Shown: positions 41,519 to 54,306 of the stretch, piece by piece
Layout of the letters: each line of letters begins with the position of its first letter
Numbering within the stretch: the first letter of the stretch is position 1
NCBI GenBank assembly: GCA_964016885.1
Contig: OZ024742.1
Span: forward strand, 334,366,001-334,430,000
Direction: 5' to 3'
DNA: 64,000 nt
DNA from: Eledone cirrhosa
Lineage: Eukaryota
Program-made: the position numbers and the translations under genes
The notes under the pieces: generated by a model
Databases searched by the model: none
Seen by the model: the letters and a program-made list of their open reading frames with translations, nothing else
Told to the model about the DNA's origin: nothing

Positions 41519-41597
41519 AAATCACTATACATATTTCGATGGCCCAGCTCCATCATCCAAATATGATGCAGGACAGGACGAACTCATCAGGCATCTT
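41519..41597 (-). ncRNA. Degenerate hammerhead motif
   Basis: AAGATGC CTGATGA G...CATC GAAA TATGTA TA GTGATTT; weak stems. Confidence 0.45.
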
Positions 41598-41730
41598 CGA
41601 CAGATTTACATAACAGGGTTACGTTTAATCCAAAGATATAATGGACGTTCGGGTAAATAGATAGGAAATAGAAAATTTGATTTAGGGATTGGTTGTAAAA
41701 AATCTGTTGTATTGGGTGGAGGCAGTCCCC

Positions 41731-42168
41731 TAGGGAAAAGAAATTGAAAATACAACTGAAGTCTTTTAAGAATATTTATCTATCTATTTTACCAGTTTAA
41801 CAGTTCTTATCATTTTCAAAAGTAAAATTGAGATGGAGGGTTTGTGTTTCGAACTGGCACGAAATTTATTGCCCTTATTCACGTGACAGTCATCAACCAA
41901 CTATAAAAAAAAAAGCACCCCAGCAATCTGAGTCACTCTTTCCACATAAATCAGAGAGAACTTTCGAACACGAACCAGATCCGAGACAGAAACATAAACT
42001 CTCCATCTCAATTTCACTTTTGAAAATCATAAGAACTGCGAAACCGGTAAAGTAGATATATAAATATTCTTAAAAGACTCCAGTTGCATTTTCAATTTAT
42101 TTTGCCTATACTTTCACCCGTGTAGGAGATCGCGTTTTTTTTTTTTAGGGGTAACCATCATTTTCTCA
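41731..42168 (+). mobile_element. PLE-style fold-back insertion (~120-bp inverted arms + tail)
   Basis: 41731-41852 inverted at ~41987-42109; right arm has decayed HHR CACTT-TTGAAAA...GAAAC CG GTA AAGT. Confidence 0.7.
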
Positions 42169-42239
42169 TATATATATATATATATATATATAAATCAGTT
42201 TATGCTATATATATCTCTATATATATATATAAGTTTATC

Positions 42240-42292
<53 letters not shown>

Positions 42293-42298
42293 TTTATC

Positions 42299-42379
<81 letters not shown>

Positions 42380-42385
42380 TTTATC

Positions 42386-42424
<39 letters not shown>

Positions 42425-42441
42425 TATATATAAGTTTATCC

Positions 42442-42501
<60 letters not shown>

Positions 42502-42504
<3 letters not shown>

Positions 42505-42733
42505 GATATTAAACAAATGGAAACTATATTTATAAAACCATATTTATTTCATTATATATATTTCAGGGATATCATATGATATCCCTGAAATATATATAAT
42601 GAAATAAATATGGTTTTATAAATATAGTTTCCATTTGTTTAATATCGTAAACCTACTCCAAAACTTGTTGAGTGCTTTTATATCAGTTATAAAATATTTA
42701 CTCGTTGTAACCCAACATTTTAAATAAAACTTT

Positions 42734-42737
<4 letters not shown>
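42502..42737 (+). mobile_element. Perfect 148-bp palindrome + ~88-nt tail in (TA)n
   Basis: 42502-42575/42576-42649 loopless palindrome centred on GGGATATCAT|ATGATATCCC; right arm continues GAAA TATATA TA. Confidence 0.8.
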
Positions 42738-42788
<51 letters not shown>

Positions 42789-43539
42789 ACATATTATATA
42801 TAATCTGCATTAGGAGAAAATTAGTGACAGAAATATATGAATATTTATTTAAGCGATCGCTAACCGAAAGTGTTGACATTTGAACATTTAAAAGAAGTGA
42901 ATCTTTAAATGTATTTAATGAACAGCCACAAAATTTAGTAGATATATTATGTAATATTCATTCATTATTTATTCAAAGTAATCCAACCTATTTTACTAAT
43001 GGGATAAAAAACTATAAACTGTACGCAGTCCCGCGCTCTTAACTTTATTATAATTTAGATAGAACGAACTTATATGGATTCTGTGTTCTGTGGAAGCTGT
43101 GATGTGATTATTGTTTAAAATAATAACTTTAATATACGCAATTATATCTATTTTATATGGGCCTTTATACGCCATTATTTTGCATCACACAGTATTAGTG
43201 GTATGTCTATGCGTGCGTGTATGTGTGTGAGAGTGTGTTATAAACGGTAACTGACATATATCTCTTATTCTCTCGCTCTCTTTCTTTCTGTTCATCTCTC
43301 TCAGATTACCCGAGTTCATATCTACGGAAATCTCACTGAGAATGCAATGGTCAACCCTAGGTCATAGTTAAAGTAATTTGTCAAGAAACAGTAGAGTGTA
43401 CAGTTGGATCTCATCGAAAACTCAGTTGAAGTGAAACTAACTTCTTAAAACCAAAGCCATACTTACACACTTGCAGTTACTTCTGTAGGAATATCATGAA
43501 TGTTGTTTGAAACCTGAATATTTTTTCTCCAAAAAGAAA

Positions 43540-43900
43540 TGTAGAATAGACCTACGCCGGTGTCGATGTTGAATGTCCCAATTGATAGATAAATGGAAGA
43601 CCTGCCAATGAAATTAGCATGTAAGTGGTTGGCCATTCTACAGATACATGTACGTTTAACGTAAATCTCAGGACGAGCCAGCATGATAGGGTTTATAACA
43701 GGGCTGGTCATTTAAATTACAAGTACAGGCAATCCAATCCAGCGGGCTTCCACACAAAATCCGTCTACACAGTTTGACACATATTGCATAGGTCGACCTG
43801 AGGTTATAGAAAATTACACTTGCTAAAGTTGTCATGCGTTCGTATTGAACACTGGACTGAAGAATTGTGCAACAACCTCCTCAACCGTTCAGTCATGTTG
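43540..43900 (-). mobile_element. Decayed SINE family S2
   Basis: GATACATGTACGTTTAACGTAAATCTCAGG...GGCTTCCACAC...CACTTGC...GAAC motifs; related pieces at 43310-43465, 45130-45395, 41030-41170. Confidence 0.55.
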
Positions 43901-46900
43901 CGTTAGACAATAACTGAAAATATATAGTTAGTACGTAGCCATCATAAATCACTTCTTTAAATTAAATTTACAGTGTTTCTTCGGTATTTATTATCCATTT
44001 TATTTTCTCGTATTTTTATATTTCCTTTTCTTTAGATAGGTGAGAGTGAGAAAATCAATATATTAGCATTCAAGTTTTTCCCTAGAAAATGCCTTAGGTT
44101 GAAATATGATATCAATGCTAGATAGATAGATATTTGTCACGAATTTAGCCGTTCAACCTATTTTGTTAAAGGAACCAACTTGATTTTAATGAATTTATTT
44201 AGAAATTACACAGATACTTACTTTTATATCAAAATCTAACTTACATAATTTGTTCGTTGCGTGAACTAACAAATAAATGATATTTCCTATCTTAAATGTC
44301 ATATAGATCTACTACAGTAACTCTTATTCTCCTGTTGTTCCTCAACGAAGTTTACATTAATAACAATTCTATGTAGATTTGTATTTGTACTAATGTTTGA
44401 AAGAGACGCATCCAAAAAGTTCTAATTCAAATTTGTCACAGGTTCTCTGTTTTACCCACCTCTATATCAGATTGTTTCGTAATGAGGTTTACCTCGCAAT
44501 TACGAGTAACGGCATTCTTTGGGGACGTGATTCGGAGTGTCTACAGTTTTTTAGTGACAATTGGAAGACATAAGCTGGGAACAGGCTCTCCGTCTGTACA
44601 TATATAGATCGTTTAATCTTTTGCTGACCGCAACTATTAAACTACAGCTGTGTTTTATCACTGCCTTTAAATATTCTTGGAGGATTATATCGACCCATCA
44701 TTTTTTGTTTCAAAACTGATACATATTTTATCTATCTCATTCCAATTTGTTATTGCTTCGTTAATACATCCGGGTATTCATGTATTTTCGTCATTGCCAT
44801 AATATAGGTTTCCGATGAAGGAAAACCTGCTTATTCTGGCTCCACACGTGTCGTTTTTCAAGATCTGATTAAGTAGTTGACTGGCTAGAGAATATTTAGC
44901 AAGGCAGCAATCATGTTGCAAGACTACGAACGTAAATTTAGAGAGCCTAGATAGGGTCTGATCAGCCCAACGTAGTGCGAATTATATGTAGTAACCGGAA
45001 TTACCTTAAACGTCATTACATAAATTAGACAAGCGACAACATTAATATAATTATAATAGTACAGCCGTCAGTGACCGGTTCAACGATATAAATAACTATT
45101 AATTCTACAAATTCACGCAATTTCAACATGCACATCTTTTGAGAGTTCCTAGACACGTATATGATTAACGTAATTCTCAAGCAGAATCAACGTGACACAA
45201 TGTGTAGCAACCCTGGATCATTAGATTAGAGGTTCAATCCATCCGACATCTTTCACACCGTTTCCATCTACACAAATTCACCCATAAAGTTTGTGTCATC
45301 TCGTGACTATGATAAATATATATGCCCAATATACTACATAGTAGGAGCAAATAGTGGACAATCTGATTGCTAATCTACTTTCTTAACCAGTCGAGGATGA
45401 AGTACATACATCTCATGCGTGCTAGTATTCTTTTTCTCACTAAACCCTGAACATACCTATCTACACTGAGTTTGAATCGAATATCGACCACAATTTTCGA
45501 AACTACACATGGGTTTGAAATTAGAACTGAGAGATAATCAAATAGACACGTATTTGGTTATAGATATGACTTGTACTAAAGATGATGTCCGTTAAATAAG
45601 TGCAGATTGTATGCTATGAGCTAAGATTAGTGCTGGCGTTTCTGTAATGGTCCTGCTTCCATGAACAAGGCACTTGTATCATAGTTTTGTTGAATGTGGT
45701 TGCTGTTGTAATCCAACGTCAACCAGGACCGCACACATATATAGTCAAGGGCATTAAAATACTTACCACATTGTTTCTTTAGACGATTGTTCCGAACTAA
45801 ATTATCCAGTTTTCATTTTATTATTCATTGATAGCTGATTACGATTTATAATATGCTAATCAACAAAGTAAATGTGCGTATCCAATCGTCTTGTGTACTA
45901 CCAGAATAATACAGTATAAATTGATACGAAATCCCAACCATATTAACATGACTAGCTTCACTAGTAGCCACGTTACCACTTTAACTTATGATTTAAGACG
46001 AACATTATCTATACTGAGATCAATCATAGAAATACCGAATTACGCATGAACATAGTATTGTATATTAGTTGTTTCCTTCGCACATAAAGCAACAGATCTT
46101 TGCTTATATTTATATCTTGAACAAAGGATAGAGTTATTGTCGCTTTCTAAGTCACATCCACCAAAAAATATATAAAATGCAGACAACTAGATGAAGAACA
46201 ATCAAAGTCCATCTAAATGACAATCAATATTTACGTTCAAAGGGTTATTTGTTCACTCGGTAATAAATGTCATAGCTTACACTTCTAAATAAAGAACTCA
46301 AACAACACGGTATTTTCTAAGGAAAAATAAGTCTTTCTTTTTCTATTGTTATTGTTTTATTCTGCGATTGATTTTTATATACATCTTTGTAATAGTATTC
46401 AACTGTCGCCCTCGCCGATTATTATAATCCCCGACCACTTTCACCAAAATATCCCCGCTTGTTCTTTAACAATTACAGTTCATCTAGCGGTGTTTGTTAG
46501 CGACTAATTCCGTACACAGCAAACCTCTTATTGTAGTGTAACGTTTCTTAATTGCTCGATACTTGATCATTAAATTCAAATTTTACTGTTTCATGGTAAT
46601 TATATTTGGTTTATAGTTCGCCATTTTACCATAATTAATGGCTACCTAACATTCTCTTTCATATCTCTTCTTTTCTTTCCTCTTCACTTCAACTTCTATA
46701 TTAGATTCTATCCTTCTATCTTCTCTTCCTTTATAGCTCCTGTTCAGTTATTTTCATGCTTGCTCTCTTTTCCTTCATACCCATTTCTCATATTCACCCT
46801 GCCCTTCATCTCAAAATACTCGTTTGTTCTCTCCATCTATTTTCTTTTCTTCCCTTTTCATTTCCCAGTACTAGGAGGTGATGCGTAGTAACTGCGGACC

Positions 46901-47014
46901 ATGTCTCAAATCCAGCTGGATTTAAAACATAACACATGTGTGTGTGTGTACAGAGATTCCTACATACACATGAATACATACATACATACATACATACATA
47001 CATACATACATACA

Positions 47015-47515
47015 TGGTGGCTGCCAACTCGTTTTCGAGTACGGCCACTGCTTTATATCCATGTAGGAGAACCCCTACCGATGCGCTGAACGAGTGTGAC
47101 TTTTTAGTCCAGCCAGCGACTTGAAAACTCTGGTACAAACACTACACTTGTGACAATTACTGACACATAGTGCTGGGCCCATGGTACCATGTGACGACAA
47201 GTGCAGAGAGATCTCCAGATATAAAGCAATGCCTGTGCCGTGAAGCTTTTATAGTGAGCAAAAGCACTGCACAAAGCCAGTCCCACTCTCTTAACCAAGA
47301 TGATATTTACCAAAAAGAAGAACAAGTCAACATCATTGGATACCATCAGGGTTGCAGGTGTTATATCAGAGTTTTCCTTCTCCTAGAATTCTGCCTTGAC
47401 AAAGGCTAAGGGGTCATCTCTCCCGGTGATTTTGGATGGCCATTGACTCTTAAGAGCTCCTTTGCCCTTTGACAGGTTTTGTTTTTAGTCCTGCAGGATG
47501 TCCAAAGTCACCCTC
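47015..47515 (-). mobile_element. Bipartite non-autonomous RTE derivative (5' UTR fused to last zinc finger + 3' UTR)
   Basis: 47225-47410 aligns with RTE 5' UTR 58190-58395; 47075-47161 encodes CHKCSVCTRVFKSLAGLKSHTRSAHR*; terminus matches 54160-54200; (TACA)n on both sides. Confidence 0.85.
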
Positions 47516-48009
47516 ATACATACATACATACATACATACATACACACTCTTTCTTAGCTCTTCTCTTCTTCATACATATATATATACAAATAAACGTATT
47601 GATGTATATTGTATGTGATTAAAGAATGAAAAAAAAAAGAAAATAGATAGATAGAGGCAAATAAATGTATGCAATAAACATATATTGAAGCTGAATATAT
47701 TGAAAAATTCCACCCACAATGTTTGGCTCCACCCAAATATAGAGCAAAGTTCTTACTACTTTCGCCACGCTTATCTCATATAGATACGCATACACACTCC
47801 TATCCATGGGCAGACAGGGACGCACACTTACACCTGTGTATGAATGTGTGCATATGTATATGTGGGGATTCATGTTTATATGCAAAGGTGTTATATTCCT
47901 AGTGTATTCTAGTACTTTTATTAGTTTCATATGTATATTTGTCTGAATATTTGGTGTCATTAAATAAACCTTCTATAATTTTGAATACTATTTTCTAAAG
48001 ATAATAATA

Positions 48010-48148
48010 ACTATTTCTAATTTTGGCACAAGGCCAGCAATTACCAAGTACATTACTGGTACTTTATTTTATCGACTCCGTAAGGATGAAAGGCAAAGTT
48101 AACCTCGACGGGATTTGAACTCAGACCGCAAAGGGATGTAACTCTATG
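48010..48148 (-). mobile_element. SINE family S1, 5'-truncated
   Basis: Matches 6228-6372 and 15645-15780. Confidence 0.8.
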
Positions 48149-49854
48149 GTATTATCTAAAGATAATAATAACATTACAATATCTAGAAATTATGGAGTCG
48201 TATTTTTGTACGTCGTCTGTAATCACCGAGCTGAAATGACTCTGGAAGATCTGATCAGTTTGACTTCATTAAAACTCACGGCATTCCCTTAAAAAATACT
48301 GCTCATGAAAATACCATAGGCATGAAAACACTTGCACATCGACAATACATGATGAGAGACTGCGTGTAATAAAATGGAGAGAGATTGAATGAATTTTAAT
48401 TGGTGTGGAAGACTAAAGATTTCCAGCCGGAAACTGCTACATAGATATCTTAAATCAAATGTCAAAACGTATATCCACAGCTAAGCAGACCGTGAAGAAA
48501 CCATAACTAATAGTGCTTTGCATGGTGCGTACTTAATAAAACAGGAATATGTTCATTAAAACTTAATGCTCTTATACATTAGAGTATATGTCAGCAAAAC
48601 ATTTACGGGAAAATAATGGGAATAATCCTCGTGAACAAATCAAGTGATGTTTTAATGGAATGGTGTAAAATATAAGAACAAACGACCTGTGAAAAAAATA
48701 CCTTGCTAAATAACATATATGTCGTGAGAGAATCTTTATAACTTCAAATGAGAAGCAAAATCGAGTATGGCTTATCTAACTCTACAGTGCTTGGCATACC
48801 TTATGTAACTGCTAATAACTTGAGAATTATAATTGCATCTTTAATTATGCTGATGAACATTACAAATTATACAAACTATTAATTTGAGTAATCAATATGT
48901 TTAACATACTTATATTAAGACTTAATTATTAGTATGTAGATTATTGACGTAATAATTATTGTGAAATACTCATTAGACAATATTTGAAAACTACTGATAG
49001 CAAACTTACATAGAGCGTGGATATACATTAACAAGCATTTGACAATGCAGCTCGTTCATGCCACAACTTTGGGCAGCTGTTTGACGCATTAACGTTGCTT
49101 GTCGCATCGAAATTTCTTACAAATTAAGCAATCACATTTCGATATGTTCTGTTGCATACAATAGATATCACATACTTCAATTCATAGTTCTTTGGTAGTA
49201 AATGGAATTCCGCTCTGTTCTAGTTAATGAAAGTATATATCTTTCCCTAGATCCATTACCAGGGCAAAGAATCGCTGTCTTTCGTAATATACATGTCTCA
49301 TGTTCTATTTCTTTTCCAGCATCTAACCTACAGTGAGGTCTCCTTTTGACCTGGAATACTATCAAAACCTATACTAATGTTATTAACGTTATAAAAGAGA
49401 TTGTTTGCTTTTATTTTCTATTCACCTGTCAACGTTAGAATGTTTATTGCGTCTGCTTATTTTTTAGTTTGTAATAGAGTTTATATAACTGTTTGCTGTT
49501 TGTGCTTGATTTTCGTTTTGGCCTATAGTTTAAATGAAACATTAATGCGAATATACATTACAATGATGGGATCAGAACCAAATGAAGAAGGACAAAAATA
49601 ATAGTTTTAACCTTCCATTTTTTTTATTATATAACTAAAGACAGTTTCAGGCAGGTTGATATCTAAAGGTTTAACATGCTTGTATTGTTGTTGTTGTGGT
49701 TTGAAGAAACACACACGAATACAAATATATATATGATTGGCTTCCACACAGTTTCTGTGTAACAAATTCTCCTTTACTTTTCAAAGCATGTATATAAGTA
49801 AATAAGCAAATAGGACCATCAAATAAATAAATTGGAACTTCAAATGGGAAATAT

Positions 49855-49947
49855 AATTATTTCTAATTTTGGCACAAGGCCAGAAATTATCCAGTGCATT
49901 ACTGGTACTTTGTTTTATCGACCCCGTAACGATGAAAGGCAAAGTTA
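49855..49947 (-). mobile_element. SINE family S1 fragment, cut off at 49947
   Basis: TTTGGCACAAGGCCAG...GATGAAAGGCAAAGTTAA then abrupt loss of similarity. Confidence 0.75.
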
Positions 49948-50057
49948 ATGGTGGAACCTTTTTTTTATTTTTAGGGTGTTAATATATATTTCAGTGCAGA
50001 AGTAAATGATAAAGTAGAAAATCAAACTGTCCAGTTGTCGTCTTCCTGTTTCTTCTA

Positions 50058-50157
50058 CAACAACAACAACCGTACGCGATGGGGCCCACCCACAGCCCCG
50101 GCGGACAGAATGGAGAAGGCGTTTCCTCGTAGGACGGCAAGGGAGACACGTTTGGCT
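50058..50157 (-). mobile_element. 3' tip of an RLE-type (CRE-like) non-LTR retrotransposon
   Basis: Encodes AKRVSLAVLRGNAFSILSAG (cf. QR.S.A..RGNA..IL C-terminal RLE motif), followed by (TTG)4. Confidence 0.6.
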
Positions 50158-51724
50158 ACGGTGGATAAGGAGGGGGAAATGAGAAGGGCCACTTGCTTTA
50201 TTCCTGTAGAAAGACATGTGAACCATTCTTCCGGTTAATAGGAGGGGGTTATAAGTAAGTTTCTAAAACTCATTCACTTGATGGTCGCCCAGTAATCTCC
50301 TCTGTTTATCCTTATATTTTTATTTCTATCTCTAGCTGAATAAATCATTGCTTTTTCTTCGGTAGCTTGGCTTTTGGTGGTTGTGTTGCGGATGCTGAGG
50401 TGTTGGTGTGAATGGTTGTCCGTTGATTTGGTTGTTGTTGATGTTATGATGGTGTTGGTGATGGGAATGGCTACGGCATTGGCAACGCCTCTGGATTTAG
50501 TGTTTGGGTTGTGTGATTTAGCCTTCATCCTCCTTTGGACAGCTTTTCCTATGGGTGGGATTGTTTCTACATTATTTTCTTTTGAGAATACTTTGCAATT
50601 CTCCCCCTCGGTCTCCCTCATTGCATGACATATCTGAATGATTGGAAAGTGGGAGAAGTATGTACTGATGTGCTAATGGTGTTGCTTTGGTTTCTATTGT
50701 CTAAACTAGTTGTTTTGTAGTCCCTAGGGCTGTTACCGCCACGAATGATTTTGTTGCTGTTGTCGCATTTTCCTTGGCTGCTTCTTTTGGTATGGTTGCA
50801 TGCAGATGGGGATTTAATTACTGCATTTACGGCGCTGGCATATGTGCAGGATTCATCCAAAACATTGTAACTAGGGGGCCTGAATGTGGGCCTGACGTTC
50901 GTTTCCTCTTGCTCCAATACAGCGATATCTAACCATGCATCTTGGTATATGTTCCATCATGTTGGGTTGGCTATTCAGTCTTACATTCCCCCTATTCCCC
51001 TGTACAACGCGTCTCACATCCTTCAAATCTTCCCCATTTAGGATGAATGTTTCCAAGAATCAATAACAATTACAAAAGAACCACATTTTTTCTAAATTCT
51101 AATATTGTCTCTTTATAGGTTTCCGTAGTTATGGTAATCGTAGGCTTATGGTACTTTTCTACTTCTAAACTAATCTTGTCTGTTAATATGGAAGTGTTGA
51201 TGTTGTTCGTGTTGGTGTTCTTATTTTTTCTGTCATTGTTGTTGATATTACCTTGTTACTTTCACACAGTATCTTGTGTTTCGAGGTGGTGATTTGCCCT
51301 AAATTCGTAGTGAAGAGAATTTCATTATTCTTCTTAATAGAAATATTCTAAAGTTAATAATCCCTCTTGTGGTAATTGAGGTGCTTCTACTTACTTTGGC
51401 AAACTATTTGCTGCATGAGATACTGTAACTGGTGTTGCTGCGGCTACTGCTTGATACTATATTTGTGGTGGATAAAGAAGAAAGAAGTGACATCATATTG
51501 TATATTTCGTTTTTAAAATAAAATCTAAAAGTGATTTTTGCGATTTCTGCACCAAAAGACTCGAATGGATAACTGTTCTGCTTCGCAAAGCAACGCAGGG
51601 CAGCTTATGAAAAATTATATTTAAAAAATATGCAAAAATGTGTATTGTAAACAAGGAAAACAAGCAATTACGGGTTTGAAACGATAAACGGAAAAAACAA
51701 GTTGAAGGTAAACATTATAATAAT

Positions 51725-52170
51725 TTCTGATTTTAGCAGAAGGCCATACAATATTTTGGAGGAAGGAAACATTCGAGGTCATCGACCTCAGTATTTGAAC
51801 GGAATTTTATTTTATCAACCCGGGAGAAGGAAAGGCAAAATTGACTTCTGTGTTCAAAATTGAACACAGAACGTAAAAAGCCGAAGACATTGCCCAAATG
51901 CGACAAACACTCTAGCGATTCTGCCAATTCACCGCTTTACTAATGGTTTATGATTTAGGCACAAAACCAACAATTTGAGGAGAGGGGGAAGTCGAATAAA
52001 TCGACTCTAGTATGCAACTGGTATTTTATTTTATCGAACACGTAGGGATGAAAGGCAAAGCTAACCTCGGCGAAATTTCAACTCAGAACGTAAAGTGCCC
52101 GAACAAATGTCACAAAGCATTTTCCCCAACGATTCATTTTCTCTAACGATTCTGCCAATTTACCACCCTC
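51725..52170 (-). mobile_element. Two tandem SINE S1-related copies
   Basis: 51725-51940 and 51945-52170 each contain TTTTATTTTATC...GAAAGGCAAA...CAGAACGTAAA...CGATTCTGCCAATT. Confidence 0.75.
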
Positions 52171-52465
52171 ATCACTTTATTAATAATAATAAAAGTAATT
52201 ATTTATATTTTTATGAGTCAATTTAATAAAATTTACCATTTTTTTTAATAAAGAGCTGCCCTTAATTAGTCTTTTTTCCAGTTTAATTTGATTGGCTGTA
52301 ATTAGTAAAGACAGCTGCATCACGGGTTTAAACTTCTTCTTTATGCTATAGCTTGCCACAGCTATCTTGGAACAGCGATCTCAAATAACCTCATACTCAA
52401 ATGAACGACATTCATTTTCTGTCTGTCAGACTTAACTACACAAGACCACAAACTTTATTTAATCA

Positions 52466-52502
<37 letters not shown>

Positions 52503-53270
52503 GTGTCAGATTTTAAAAGCCTTCTATTTATTTGTGTTTGTTTGGGGTTGTCTAAAATTGAAATATTTGAAAGTTTTATACCAAAACTTCATATTTTTAT
52601 TATGAAAATTGTAATTTCCGGTGTTGCTATTGTATTTAATGTTTATTTATTTGTTTATTTTACATGTTATTTGTATTTCACATTCATTTCACTTTATTTC
52701 TTTGTCCAAATTTATTGTATTTTATTTTGTATTTTCACCGTTATTTTATTATTCTTATTATTGTTATATTCAAATTGTTATTGTTGTTCTTAAAAATATT
52801 GAAGTTTTAATTTGATTTCACCATTGAAATTCCATGACGTACATCGTCCTGTATAGAAGCTGTTAATATTTTCTCTATTGTCGCCATGTTGTATTTCATG
52901 TTATCTTATTTCTCTTCCCTTGCCTCATTCATAATTCAAGAATACTTTCAGGAGGTTCTCAAGAAAGTCTTTAGATTTAATGTCCAACCTTTTTTTTTAC
53001 TTTTCACATTTACTTCAATTTTATTTCACTCACGTTTTGCCTCTATTTTTCTTCTAAAATTTCTATTTCTCCATTTTGTTTCTCACTAACATAATATTCT
53101 TTAAATATTCTTGTTATTGATTATTTTACAACAGATCAAATTTTTTATGTTCTATTCACAATTGTGACTATGTATGTGTTTATTTTACCACATGTCTATT
53201 TCCCTAATAAATTCTTTCATAGGAAACACACCATTGTATCAGGATTGCAAAAGGATATTGACATATATTG

Positions 53271-53334
<64 letters not shown>

Positions 53335-54159
53335 GTGTGAATGTGTGTTTACATGCATATATAATTGTATGAATATCTACATATATATGTGCATGTATGC
53401 GTGGGTTTGTGGGTGTGTGAGAGAGTGAGAGAGAGTGCGTGTGTGTGTACTTCTTTTCATTTATTAGTGTGAGTAACGAAATGCAACCTGCTTCCACTCT
53501 ATGACCCATTAATAAATATATTACGTTATATTTACTTGTTTTATTTTGTAATGCAATATTATATATCAAAGTCTTTTTATCGGGTTCCACAACCTTACCA
53601 CTGATTCAAATATCAACCATATATCTGTGTAATGCGAAATTCAAGTAACATGAGAATATATCAGCCTGTTTGAAGGTGTTAAGATACCCTTTTGATATAT
53701 GTCAGGAACAAAATAAAGCAACATAAAATTCAGGTCGACAGAGCATATGCTGCAAAGACGAGGTTTGAAATAAAAAATGTTAAGCGTTTCGGACAGTCAT
53801 CTTTCACCGGGAAACAGCAGAAAAAGAGGTAATACGGAAATGTAGTTTCAGATGAGTCATTAGAATAGTGTCATTGTCAAATCAATATGGTATTGAATGT
53901 ATAGCAGGTAAAGTTTGATAAAATGAGGCGTGATTTTACGTGTAAAAGATAATTTGAGAACTGCGTCAAATGATGTGTGAGTGTGTGTGTGTGTGTGTGT
54001 GAGAGGATGGGGGGGGGTGATGGGAGGGGGGGGTGAATACAGTGCTGATTGGTTTGAAATGAGAAGTATATATTGTTGCGTGTGAGCATCTAAGTATGTG
54101 TGCGTGTTTATAGTGTAACCCTTATTGCCAAAAGAATGCAGTGAATGTTGTGTAAGCAT

Positions 54160-54255
54160 ATATGATGGCTGCCCCCTCGTTATTGAGTATGGCCATTGCA
54201 CGAGAAGAAAAAAAAAATAATAATAACAATAATAATAAATAAAAAAATAAAATAA

Positions 54256-54306
<51 letters not shown>

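Noticed and set aside
44808-44876. VSDEGKPAYSGSTRVVFQ after an AG, resembling a cadherin D.G.P.LS motif
   Set aside because: Only ~20 codons, flanked by stops, lacks the DxND motif and partner exons; a TBLASTN/HMM hit to cadherin repeats would be needed
53780-53815. Minus-strand CCGGTGA...TCCGAAACGC hammerhead-like remnant
   Set aside because: Two core mismatches and no stem I
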